This document shows, piece by piece, positions 10,097 to 19,045 of a stretch of 64,000 bases of DNA. The DNA comes from Opitutia bacterium (lineage in GTDB: Bacteria; Verrucomicrobiota; Verrucomicrobiia; Opitutales; Opitutaceae). Below the pieces are notes generated by a model. The model did no database searches, was not told where the DNA came from, and was given only the letters and a program-made list of their open reading frames with translations. The stretch is from positions 352,001 through 416,000 of the forward strand of contig CANJVR010000003.1 of the NCBI GenBank assembly GCA_947478395.1, in the 5' to 3' direction. Position 1 is the stretch's first letter; every line of letters begins with the position of its first letter. The position numbers and the translations under genes are program-made.

Positions 10097-10414
10097 TTAC
10101 TTTGAGCGCCGGCTGACGAGCAGGCCAATCACGACGCCGACGCCCGCGGCGATGGCGAGCGACTGGTACGGGTTTTCGCGGATCGCCTCGTCGGCGGAAC
10201 GGACGCCCGCCGCCACTTTTTTCTTCGTGCCGTCGTAGAGGTCCGACAGGCGTTCCTGGGCCGCGGTGAATCGCGCCCGCATGGCTTCCATGGCTTCGTG
10301 GGAGTGTTCGGAGACGGAGGTCTCCATCATTTTTTCCGCCTCCACCACGAGGTGACGGAGATCGTTGAGGAGTTCTTCGGGCGTTTCAGCTGGAATGTGA
10401 GTGCGATTTTTCAT
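10097..10414 (-). CDS. ElaB/YqjD/DUF883 tail-anchored ribosome-binding protein
   Basis: C-terminal IRENPYQSLAIAAGVGVVIGLLVSRR. Confidence 0.9.
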   Translation of the reverse strand: MKNRTHIPAETPEELLNDLRHLVVEAEKMMETSVSEHSHEAMEAMRARFTAAQERLSDLYDGTKKKVAAGVRSADEAIRENPYQSLAIAAGVGVVIGLLVSRRSK

Positions 10415-10483
10415 GGTGATTAATGGTTGCGGGGTTTTTTCGGGGAAATTTTTAGGCAGGGTAGCGGTCGGCGCAGGCTTGGG

Positions 10484-10768
10484 TTAGGCGGCGAAGCCGA
10501 ACCGGTCTTTCACGGCCACCACGTCGATCGAGAGGCATTCGCGCAGCATCGCGGCGGCGATGCGGTCGATCGCGACCTTGAGCATGCGGTCAAAGGCGTG
10601 GCCCGTCAGCGGCGCGCCGTGATGGCGGATGGCCTTGATGCGGGCCCCGGCGGCCAGCAGATGCATGAGGAATTCCTCCGCTTCCACGGGGTCGTCGGTA
10701 AAATGGGTAAACACGCGGGTGCTGTGCTGAGGGCGTACAATGTAATCGATGGCGAATTGGGTGAGCAT
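10484..10768 (-). CDS. Hypothetical protein (94 aa)
   Basis: Co-directional in the operon with plausible globular composition; no recognised domain. Confidence 0.7.
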   Translation of the reverse strand: MLTQFAIDYIVRPQHSTRVFTHFTDDPVEAEEFLMHLLAAGARIKAIRHHGAPLTGHAFDRMLKVAIDRIAAAMLRECLSIDVVAVKDRFGFAA

Positions 10769-10816
10769 GATTTTGGGGGATTTAAGGAAAGGCTGTAGTG
10801 GGTGGAGCGGGAGCGG

Positions 10817-11539
10817 TTACGCGACGGTGGTTTGGTTCGGGGAGAGGCGGGCATGAAACTCGCGGGCTCTTTCGAGCAACTGGGCGTCGGTCAGATGATG
10901 TTCATCGACCACGAGAGTACCCACGATGCGGCGGGCGATTTCCGGACGATGAGATTTAACCCACGCGACAAACTGTTCCATCTCGCTGCCCTGGCCTTTG
11001 CCGCTGCCGAAAATCACGATCTCTCCGTCTTTCTTCAGCGACGCGGGCGTGGAGATGAGCGCGTTTACAACCGCACCGAAGAAACTGTTCGCATCCGGTT
11101 TCTCCATGCCCCGCGAAAAATCCTTGGAGTTGTGGGCATGGCGGAAGAATTCGTGCGGGCCTTGGGACAGGATCTGCTGGGCCGCCTTGGGTGGCATCTC
11201 GGAGTGAAAAATCCGGGCCTGATGGTGGTTGATGACTACAAGCCAGTGAGATTTCCCGACAATGGTTGCTGGCAGCGGCGTTTCCGATTGCTCAAGAAAC
11301 TTTCGCAGCTCGGTGAGTTCGAAAAGGTCGGTGACCTCCTTGGTGCGGGGGACATGGAGCGTGAGGGTGCGACCGTTGCGAGTGGCTTTGAGGTTACCGT
11401 TGGCCTCCTCGGTGACTGCGCCCAGCTGACGCAGCAGGATATAGACGTCATGCCAGACGAGATTGTGCGGCGCGGGATGGTGAAATATCGATTCGTAGGT
11501 CTGGAGTTGTGAGCCCGTGAGCGAGGAGGATGAGGTCAT
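10817..11539 (-). CDS. Two-domain protein: HicA-like N-terminus + release-factor-related (baeRF/host-attachment-like) C-terminus
   Basis: N-terminal YESIFHHPAPHNLVWHDVYILLRQLG...LTLHVP; C-terminal LVVINHHQARIF...FFGAV...IVIFGSG...HLTDAQLLERAREF. Confidence 0.6.
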   Translation of the reverse strand: MTSSSSLTGSQLQTYESIFHHPAPHNLVWHDVYILLRQLGAVTEEANGNLKATRNGRTLTLHVPRTKEVTDLFELTELRKFLEQSETPLPATIVGKSHWLVVINHHQARIFHSEMPPKAAQQILSQGPHEFFRHAHNSKDFSRGMEKPDANSFFGAVVNALISTPASLKKDGEIVIFGSGKGQGSEMEQFVAWVKSHRPEIARRIVGTLVVDEHHLTDAQLLERAREFHARLSPNQTTVA

Positions 11540-11681
11540 GTTGAAGTGGGTGGCGGGATGGAATGCGGTGGTCGTGTTCTGAAAAAGAATGGGCAAACGG
11601 AAGGCGCGGCGCGGGGCGGATCTGGCGCTTTGGTTTGCATCGCTGGCTCGGGGTGCAGCCCTCGTGGAAAAACGGAACCGG

Positions 11682-12416
11682 TCAGGCGGCGAGGTGGCCA
11701 TTTGCGTGGGCGGTTTCAAACCAAGCGGAAGGGGGTGAACCGGGCGCGAACTCCGGGCACGTCTCGGCGAGCAGTTTGCGAAGATTTTCGCGTGCGCGGG
11801 CGATGCGGCTCTTGACCGTCCCGACCTTGATGTGAAGCGCCTGCGCGATCGCCTCGTAGGAGTAGTGATGGATGTTGTGCAGCGTCAGAATCTCGCGCCG
11901 CTCGGCGGAGAGTCGCTCCATGCAGGTGGCGATGAGCGCGGAAAATTCCCCGTTAACGGCTTCGCGTGTGGGATCGGGCGCCTCTGAGGCGATGAGTTCG
12001 GTGAAGGTGGCGCCGGCGTGGGCTGTGAGCGGGTAGTCGAGCGAAAGCGTGGCGTGGCGGTGGCGCCGGACGTAATACCAGTAGCGGTTGCGCGCGAGAT
12101 TCGTCGCGATGTGGTGCAACCACGTGGCGAGCGAGCAGTCGCCGCGGAAACGGCCGAGACCGCGATGCGCCCGGAGGAATGTGTCCTGCGTGATTTCCTC
12201 GGCGTCGGCCCGGTCGTGGAGCATGCCGAGGACCTTCGCGAAAGTTTTCCGCTCGTGGCGGTGCATGATCTCGATGAAAGACGTCTCGTCGCCGCCGTTG
12301 AAACGGCGCACAAGCCCGGCATCGATGGCGGCTTCGCATTTAGCGGCGGCGTGTGGGCCGGCCTGATCGGCCGTGAACGAGTGCGGGGAGGCGGGGGTGG
12401 GGTGAACGGTGGACAT
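11682..12416 (-). CDS. ECF RNA polymerase sigma factor
   Basis: Region 2 DAEEITQDTFLRAH...LATWLHHIATN; region 4 YSYEAIAQALHIKVGTVKSRIARAR. Confidence 0.92.
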   Translation of the reverse strand: MSTVHPTPASPHSFTADQAGPHAAAKCEAAIDAGLVRRFNGGDETSFIEIMHRHERKTFAKVLGMLHDRADAEEITQDTFLRAHRGLGRFRGDCSLATWLHHIATNLARNRYWYYVRRHRHATLSLDYPLTAHAGATFTELIASEAPDPTREAVNGEFSALIATCMERLSAERREILTLHNIHHYSYEAIAQALHIKVGTVKSRIARARENLRKLLAETCPEFAPGSPPSAWFETAHANGHLAA

Positions 12417-12451
12417 GGCGGAAGGCTGGTTTCCAGAAGTGCGGTGGTGTT

Positions 12452-13420
12452 TCAGGCCGCGCTGGCGAAGGAGAAGGAACTGCTGATGGACCGTGCGGAC
12501 TGGTGCAGCCGGTCGTGATAGCGCGAAGGCGATTCGCCGGCGATGCGGTGGAACACCCGGTTGAATTGCGAAAGCGACTGGAAGCCGGCCGCGAAGGCGG
12601 CCTCGCTCATGCGGGCGTGGGGATTGAGCAGCATATGCTTCACGGTCTCGACGCGTAGCCGCGCCAAGTACTCCGTAAACGTAAGGCCCGTCACCTTTTT
12701 GAAGACCTTGCAGAAATAAAACGCACTCATGTTGGCTACGCGGGCAACATCCGCGAGGGCCAGATCCTCGCTCTGTTGCGCCGCGATGAACGCGCGCGCC
12801 CGGGCGATGGCGGGCAATTCGGACTGTGCTTCGCTGACCATCACCTGATTGCTCAGCGAACCGAGGTGCTGGGCAAAAATTCCCAAGAGTCGAACGACGG
12901 AGTCGTAGTGTTTTTTCGCCACGACCCGAGTTTTGAAAAAAGCTGTTTCGAGCTCGTGACGGTCGACGCTCGATCCCCACTGGGTCAGTTGATTGGCGAT
13001 ACGGTTAAAATGGGTCCGTGAAGTTTTTTTCATGAATACCTGGCCCGTCTGCAAATAGCCGAGAACCTCGTTTCCGGCCCGCACCGGAATCGCGGATTCA
13101 GTCAGGCCGGCGAAGCACACCAGCGTTTTCGCCTCGGCGGCGGCTTCCGTTTCCACGCGCTGCTGGAGTTGCAGGCAGGCCGCGCACGATTTGTTGCTCG
13201 AGGCCAGCAGCGCGCAAAAGGCGTTGGCGTGCTTGGAGCCGTAAAGCGGGGATTGAAATGATCCTCGCTGCCGGAGCACCAGCGGCAGGCCCGTGGTAGC
13301 TTCGAAGGCCTTCTGGTATTCGCGAAAAATTTCGGAGCGCTGCAAATGCGGAATGGCACTGCGCTCGGCGGGGTTGCGGTCGTCCGCCGGCGTCGCGGAA
13401 ATCAGAGATGTGGTTCGCAT
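12452..13420 (-). CDS. AraC family regulator with N-terminal PocR sensory domain
   Basis: PocR Cys pattern NAFC...CAAC...CFAGL...GQV; AraC HTH MSAFYFCKVFKK...AGFQSLSQFNRVF. Alternative start at 13429. Confidence 0.9.
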   Translation of the reverse strand: MRTTSLISATPADDRNPAERSAIPHLQRSEIFREYQKAFEATTGLPLVLRQRGSFQSPLYGSKHANAFCALLASSNKSCAACLQLQQRVETEAAAEAKTLVCFAGLTESAIPVRAGNEVLGYLQTGQVFMKKTSRTHFNRIANQLTQWGSSVDRHELETAFFKTRVVAKKHYDSVVRLLGIFAQHLGSLSNQVMVSEAQSELPAIARARAFIAAQQSEDLALADVARVANMSAFYFCKVFKKVTGLTFTEYLARLRVETVKHMLLNPHARMSEAAFAAGFQSLSQFNRVFHRIAGESPSRYHDRLHQSARSISSSFSFASAA

Positions 13421-13451
13421 CGCCGACATCTTACGGTAACGGAGCGCCGCG

Positions 13452-13495
13452 GGAAATTGGAGGTGCGACCTTATCTTTATAAGGAAAATTCTTAG
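13452..13495 (-). promoter_or_regulatory. Conserved 44-bp upstream motif, copy 1 (putative NarL-type activator site)
   Basis: 31/44 identical without gaps to 15377-15420; contains the near-palindrome TAAGGAAAATTCTTA; followed on the minus strand by TTTCCC-17-TAAGAT. Confidence 0.65.
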
Positions 13496-13942
13496 GCCCA
13501 CCGCGTAAAAACCCAGACATGCGCGGGAGCAAGGTCCGTCCGGTCTTTCGCAAACGATGTGAAACGGAAGAACGGAAACGGCCTTATGCGATCCCCGATG
13601 CGATCTCCTTGGACCAATATGACGACCGCGAGCTACCATTTGGGGAAAGTACCCCAGGTTCGCGTTGAGGACTTCCATGCGCTTTGGCGTTTGCGCCCTG
13701 GTGCAAGGACACGGAGCAAAGTCCGTTCAAGAATTTTTCCTGGTGGTTTTGCCGCCGAGCCGTAGCGCCCTTTTCTGGGCGTGGACTCTGGCCGCGGAAC
13801 GCCCGGGTCTGAAGGCCCCCTCGAAAGATTTAGAGCGGAAAAAACGTCCAAGGAGGGATTTTCCGGGTCCACGCGGCTCGACGTTCGACGCCGCGCAAAA
13901 GTGTGACATGCTCGCGAGCGGTGCGGCCCGCGGTCGCCGCCT

Positions 13943-14560
13943 TCAATCTTCGATTCGCGCAGGTTCCGGAGCTTCGATGTCCTGATATGCCCGGCGGATT
14001 TCTTCGAGGTGACTGCGATATTTTTCGGCGTCGCCGAAATCGATAAAATTTTTGTAACGACTGTGCGCACATTTCACGCAACCCGCGTGTTTAATGGGGC
14101 ACCAGTGTTGCTCGGTTCGCGCGGCGATCTCGGTGAAGTACGCGAGGATGCCGTTGGCGTAGGCACAGTACTCGCAGTTAAGTTTTTCGAAGAAGTTCAG
14201 ATAGTTCAGGCGATGGCGGTCGAACGCGATGTAGTCGCGCCGGCTGACTTTGGGTATGCCATAGATCGGAAAGCAGATCGCTTGATAGAGGGAGCCGATG
14301 ACGTCCGTGAGAACAATGGGGAGCAGGCAGGCCCAAATGACCGGTGCGGTGAGGAGAACGAGAAAACGGGAGTTCAGTAAATAGCGGTGGAAGCTGAGGC
14401 GGAGCGCCCGATGCTTGGTTTTCGCCACCGTAGTAAACTGCACCTTCTTCTCGTGAATTTTGTAGCAGAACTCGGTTTCTTTCTTCCGAGTTTCGCGAAT
14501 GAGTTCCTGTTCCAGCAGCCGGATCTGACCGAGCAGCGCTTCGAGTCTGTCATTTCTCAT
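13943..14560 (-). CDS. Cys-rich membrane-associated hypothetical protein
   Basis: Hydrophobic segment then CFPIYGIPKV, FEKLNCEYCAYANG, EQHWCPIKHA. Confidence 0.75.
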   Translation of the reverse strand: MRNDRLEALLGQIRLLEQELIRETRKKETEFCYKIHEKKVQFTTVAKTKHRALRLSFHRYLLNSRFLVLLTAPVIWACLLPIVLTDVIGSLYQAICFPIYGIPKVSRRDYIAFDRHRLNYLNFFEKLNCEYCAYANGILAYFTEIAARTEQHWCPIKHAGCVKCAHSRYKNFIDFGDAEKYRSHLEEIRRAYQDIEAPEPARIED

Positions 14561-14771
14561 GGGATAAGCGGGTGGGCGTTTTTTTGATGCGGTTGGGGCC
14601 GATGCGACGATGCCGGAGTAAATGCGGGGCCCGGCATCCGAACGCAGAAGGGAAAAGCGATCGGGTGAAGTGCGGGCTGTGTCCCGGAGGAAGAGAACGC
14701 GGTTCACGGGATTGAGATGGTCGTCGCGGTCAGTCGGGCTGGACGATGCTGGGGCGGATAGCAGGGCGGGA

Positions 14772-15254
14772 TTATGCGCTGCGCAGGGTAGCTTCATTCA
14801 CGCCGGGAGCGAAGAACGCGCAGCCTGCTTCCTTGGCTAGGCGTTGCACGGTCTGTAGGCGCGGCGAATCCACGCGATCAGGCAAATCGGCGCGGCCAAA
14901 GAACGCGGCCACGGCGGTTGTGGCGTTGTGCCGCCCGGTCAGGCACTTTCCCAGCCAGCTTTCGACGGACAAAGGCAGCAGCCGGAGTACGCTGGACGTG
15001 GCGATGACGATCAAGTCGGCTTCGACCGCGGCAGCCATCGCGTGCGCCCGATACTCCGGATCCTCCAGCGTCGAAAAACTCCACGGCGACAAGTGCGGTT
15101 CCGGGCCGTCCGGAATCCGGCGGAGCAGCGCGGTAATAGTTTCCGCCGCCCACATCGCCGCGGCGATGTTTTCGTAGGCGAGGATAACGGTCATTTCGGC
15201 GGGCGTGCTGGCATCGGCGCAATCGAGTGCGGTCAAGGTGGCGGGGGTGTGCAT
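14772..15254 (-). CDS. Hypothetical alpha/beta protein
   Basis: Alternating strand/helix pattern (VILAYEN, WSF, ADLIVIA, AVAAFF); preceded by motif copy 2. Confidence 0.7.
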   Translation of the reverse strand: MHTPATLTALDCADASTPAEMTVILAYENIAAAMWAAETITALLRRIPDGPEPHLSPWSFSTLEDPEYRAHAMAAAVEADLIVIATSSVLRLLPLSVESWLGKCLTGRHNATTAVAAFFGRADLPDRVDSPRLQTVQRLAKEAGCAFFAPGVNEATLRSA

Positions 15255-15376
15255 GGCTTTGGTTTGATCGTACTGTTTGGGGGACTCGGAACTGCGGCGC
15301 GTCAAACAGGGCCAATATGACCGGGAGAGAAGATCGTCGCTAACATCGTTCCACCCTAGCAGCACGGCGCGTCGCC

Positions 15377-15420
15377 GGAAATTGGAGGAACAGCGGTATC
15401 TCGCTAAGGGAATTGCCTAG
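15377..15420 (-). promoter_or_regulatory. Conserved 44-bp upstream motif, copy 2
   Basis: GGAAATTGGAGG-N8-TATCT-N3-TAAGG...TAG as in copy 1; followed on the minus strand by TTTCCG-17-TAGGGT. Confidence 0.65.
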
Positions 15421-15465
15421 TCTCGATAGGCCGCCGGCTGACAAGAAGCGCCTTGCCGTGCCCGC

Positions 15466-16731
15466 GTGACGCGTAACGCTACGACGGTGCCGTCGAGAGA
15501 TTTTTCCACCCCGACCAAGGAAGAATTGATTGCGCGCTTGGAGCGTTTCGCGCGTGAGCGGACCGAATCCGAACGCGAACTGCGCGCCGTGGTGAAGGAG
15601 TTGCGCGCCGTGAAAGCGGCGCTCGACGAACATGCGATCGTCGCGATCACGGACGCGGCCGGAAAAATCACGTACGTAAACGACAAGTTTTGCGCGATTT
15701 CAAAAATCTCCCGCGAGGAATTGCTGGGCCAGAATCATCGCATCATCAACTCGGGCTATCACCCTAAGGAATTTTTTCGCAGTCTCTGGGCGACCATCAG
15801 CCGCGGCGAAATTTGGCATGGTGAAATCCAGAACCGTGCGAAGGACGGGGAGATTTATTGGGTCAATACCACGATCTACCCGTTTGTCAGCGAGGACGGA
15901 AAGCCGGTCCAGTACGTCGCCATTCGCACGGACATCACGCAGCGCAAGGCGGACGAAATTGAACTGCAGCAATTCGCATCCGATCTGGCGGAAAAGAACA
16001 AGGAGCTAGAGGCGATTGTTTATACCGTGTCGCACGATCTGCGTTCGCCGCTGTTGAACGTCCAGGGCTTTGCGCGGCAGCTCGCGCAGGCGTGCGCTTC
16101 AATCCAAGGGGCGACCGCCGCGGCGCACGACGGCCTGGTTCCAGTCGCCGCGTTGAAGGCACCGCTCGAAACCACCATTCCGCAGGCGCTGCGGTTCATC
16201 AGCGCGGGCGTGCACAAAATGGAGATGCTGCTCGCCGGTTTGCTGCGCTACTCACGCTTGGGCCGGATGACGTTGAACATCGGCCCGATTCCCATGAACG
16301 AGCTGCTGGCGGAAATCGTCGCGGCGATGAGGTTCCAGATCGATCAGGCGGAGGCCGAAATCGTAGTCGATCTGCTCCCCGCCTGCCGCGGCGATCGCAC
16401 CCAAACCAATCAGGTTTTTTCCAACCTGATCGACAACGCGCTGAAGTTTCGCGATCCGGCCCGGCCGCTGCGGATCACGGTGACGGGTGGCATCGCCAGC
16501 GGGAAGGCGCTTTATCAGGTGGCGGACAACGGGATTGGCATTGCTCCCTCGCACCAGGCGAAGGTTTTCGAAATCTTTCATCGGTTGGACCCGGAGAAAA
16601 CGACCGGCGAGGGCCTCGGATTGACGATCGCCCAGCTCATCCTCGACCGGCAGCACGGCGGGATCAGGGTCGAGAGCCAGCCGGGCCAGGGTTCCAGTTT
16701 TTTCGTTTCCCTTCCGGCCGTCGAATCCTAG
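15466..16731 (+). CDS. PAS-domain cytoplasmic sensor histidine kinase
   Basis: [20 protein letters not shown]...[23 protein letters not shown]-box [29 protein letters not shown]. Start uncertain. Confidence 0.92.
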   Translation: MTRNATTVPSRDFSTPTKEELIARLERFARERTESERELRAVVKELRAVKAALDEHAIVAITDAAGKITYVNDKFCAISKISREELLGQNHRIINSGYHPKEFFRSLWATISRGEIWHGEIQNRAKDGEIYWVNTTIYPFVSEDGKPVQYVAIRTDITQRKADEIELQQFASDLAEKNKELEAIVYTVSHDLRSPLLNVQGFARQLAQACASIQGATAAAHDGLVPVAALKAPLETTIPQALRFISAGVHKMEMLLAGLLRYSRLGRMTLNIGPIPMNELLAEIVAAMRFQIDQAEAEIVVDLLPACRGDRTQTNQVFSNLIDNALKFRDPARPLRITVTGGIASGKALYQVADNGIGIAPSHQAKVFEIFHRLDPEKTTGEGLGLTIAQLILDRQHGGIRVESQPGQGSSFFVSLPAVES

Positions 16732-16747
16732 GCGGCCGCCCCCAACT

Positions 16748-17203
16748 ATGAAAAACGCCCCGACTATTTTGATCGTCGATGACGATGAAGGTCATGCGAT
16801 CCTGATCCGACAAAATCTGGAGCTGGCTGGTTTGAGTAACCGCATGGAGCATTTCTGGAATGGGCAGGAAGTTTTAGATTTTCTTTTTCTCCGTCAGCCC
16901 GACCGCTCCCGAGAAATTGGGGAAAATTATCTAGTCCTGCTCGATATGCGCATGCCGAAGGTCGACGGCGCGGAAGTCCTGCGGCAGATCAAGGCGGATC
17001 CGGAGTTACGCAAGCTGTCGGTCATCATGTTGACGACGACGGAGGACGCCCGCGACGTGGAGCGGTGCCACGAATTGGGGTGCAGCGTGTACGTGCAAAA
17101 GCCGGTAGACTACGACCGGTTTACCGAGGCGGTCCGCCGGCTCGGGCTTTTCGTGCCGCTAATGCTGACGCCACCGTTGAACGGGCCGCCGGCGAAGTCC
17201 TAG
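16748..17203 (+). CDS. Single-domain response regulator (Rcp1-like)
   Basis: ILIVDDD, LLDMRMPKVDG, MLTTT, YVQKP. Confidence 0.92.
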   Translation: MKNAPTILIVDDDEGHAILIRQNLELAGLSNRMEHFWNGQEVLDFLFLRQPDRSREIGENYLVLLDMRMPKVDGAEVLRQIKADPELRKLSVIMLTTTEDARDVERCHELGCSVYVQKPVDYDRFTEAVRRLGLFVPLMLTPPLNGPPAKS

Positions 17204-17205
17204 TT

Positions 17206-18255
17206 ATGGCCAGGTCCGTCACGCCGCCGCTGATTCTGATCGTCGATGACGACGAGGGTCTTCGCATTCTGATGGCGGACGCTTTTCGCCACGAAGGATG
17301 CGAGGTGGCGACAGTCGATTCGGGGGGCGCGGCCCTGGCGTGGCTGGAGACCCGGACGCCGGCTTTGATGTTGCTTGATCTGAAGATGAAGGACCTCGGT
17401 GGCCCGGCGTTAATCGAGCGGCTCAAGCAGGAAAATTCCCTGGTGCCGTTTGTCGTCGTGACCGGACAAGGCGACGAAAACGTCGCGGTCGAAATGATGA
17501 AACAGGGTGCGCTCGACTACGTGATGAAGGACACGGGGCTGCTCGACCGGTTACCGATCGTGGTTAAACGCGCACTGGATGTGCTAGAGCGGAACCGGGC
17601 GCTGGCGGAGGCCGACACCGAAAGGGGGCTGCTGCAGAAGGAGATCGTTGAGATCAGTGAACGGGAGCAGCAACGCATCGGTCAGGATTTGCACGATGGT
17701 CTCGGGCAGCAGTTGACGGCGATCGAGATGCTGTGCGCAGGTCTTAAGAGTGATGTCGGGTCGCAGCCGGCGCTTAAGAAACAAGTGGAGCTGATCGCGA
17801 AATCGATCCGCGAGGCGATCACGTTTGTCCGTCGGGTATCGCGCGGACTGGCGCCGAAGAACGATGAACCCCGTGCGCTGGAAGGCAGCCTGACCGCACT
17901 CGCCGAGCTTTCGAATTCCCTGGGATCCACGCGGTGCTATTTTGAGTGCCCCGAGCCCGTCGTCATCGACGATGGGGTGAAGGCCGGATCGCTTTACCGG
18001 ATTGCGCAGGAAGCGGTGAACAATGCGCTCAAGCACAGCGGCGCTGGGGAAATCGTGGTGAGTCTCACGCAAACGGTCGAAGCCGTGAAACTCCGCATTT
18101 CCGACAACGGCGGCGGTTTCGACCAACGGAGCGGGAGTGGCATGGGGCAGCAGGTGATGAAACACCGCGCCGCCAGCATCGGCGCGGAATTGAAGGTCGA
18201 TTCGAAGGCTGGCCACGGCGTGTCGGTTACCTGCATCCTGCCCCGAGCGCTATGA
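17206..18255 (+). CDS. REC + HisKA_3 hybrid histidine kinase
   Basis: N-terminal receiver; EREQQRIGQDLHDGLGQ; YRIAQEAVNNALKHS; DNGGGF. Confidence 0.92.
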   Translation: MARSVTPPLILIVDDDEGLRILMADAFRHEGCEVATVDSGGAALAWLETRTPALMLLDLKMKDLGGPALIERLKQENSLVPFVVVTGQGDENVAVEMMKQGALDYVMKDTGLLDRLPIVVKRALDVLERNRALAEADTERGLLQKEIVEISEREQQRIGQDLHDGLGQQLTAIEMLCAGLKSDVGSQPALKKQVELIAKSIREAITFVRRVSRGLAPKNDEPRALEGSLTALAELSNSLGSTRCYFECPEPVVIDDGVKAGSLYRIAQEAVNNALKHSGAGEIVVSLTQTVEAVKLRISDNGGGFDQRSGSGMGQQVMKHRAASIGAELKVDSKAGHGVSVTCILPRAL

Positions 18256-18962
18256 AACAGCCTAGAAAAAATTCGGCTGCGGCGAAAGTGGCCGTCCAGC
18301 CCCAGACGCCGGAGCGCAAAAAAATTCTGCTGGTGGACGATCATCCCTTTATGCGGGCCGGGGTGGCTCAGTTGATCGATAAACAGCCCGATCTGGTCGT
18401 ATGCGGAGAGGCCGGCGACCCGGGCGCCGCCATGGGTGTGCTCGCGAAAACGAAAGCCGACCTGGTGCTCTCCGATATCACCATGCCGGGACGCAGCGGT
18501 CTCGAGTTCATCAAAGATCTTTTGGCGCAGTATCCCAACCTGCCCATCATCGTGCTTTCGATGCATGACGAAATAATTTACGCCGAACGAGCGCTGCGCG
18601 CCGGCGCGCGTGGTTACATCATGAAGGAGGCCGGCGGAGAAAATCTCTTGGCCGCGATCCGGCAGGTTTTGGGCGGACAGGTCTATGTGAGTCTCAAAAT
18701 GTCGGCGAACATCTTGGATAGTTTCTCCGGCCGGAAATCCCGGGATTCAAACTCGCCATTTGGCAAACTCACGGACCGCGAGTTCGAGGTGTTTCAGCTC
18801 GTCGGCCAGGGGAAAAGCACGCGGGACATCGCCGCGCAATTGAATCTTAGCCCCAAAACGGTCGATGTGCACCGCGGGCATATCAAAGAAAAATTAGATT
18901 TGAAGGATTCCACCGCCCTCGTTCGGCATGCAATCCGGTGGGTGGAAACCTCGAAGGGGTGA
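18252..18962 (+). CDS. NarL/FixJ (LuxR-HTH) response regulator
   Basis: VDDHP, DITMPG, LSMH, LTDREFEVF...LSPKTVDVHRGHIKEKL; ATGA overlap with the upstream gene. Confidence 0.94.
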   Translation: MKQPRKNSAAAKVAVQPQTPERKKILLVDDHPFMRAGVAQLIDKQPDLVVCGEAGDPGAAMGVLAKTKADLVLSDITMPGRSGLEFIKDLLAQYPNLPIIVLSMHDEIIYAERALRAGARGYIMKEAGGENLLAAIRQVLGGQVYVSLKMSANILDSFSGRKSRDSNSPFGKLTDREFEVFQLVGQGKSTRDIAAQLNLSPKTVDVHRGHIKEKLDLKDSTALVRHAIRWVETSKG

Positions 18963-19045
18963 CCTTAGTTGATCGCGGGCGGGATGGTGCCGGCTGGGCG
19001 TTCCGTTGCCGGCCGGCGCGCATATTCGCTTAAGCCGACGGGTCA

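Noticed and set aside
13529..13740. Additional copies of the 41-bp AraC-type motif in the long intergenic region
   Set aside because: GCAAG/GCAAA 21 bp apart at 13529/13550 is suggestive, but the rest matches poorly; needs a PWM scan.
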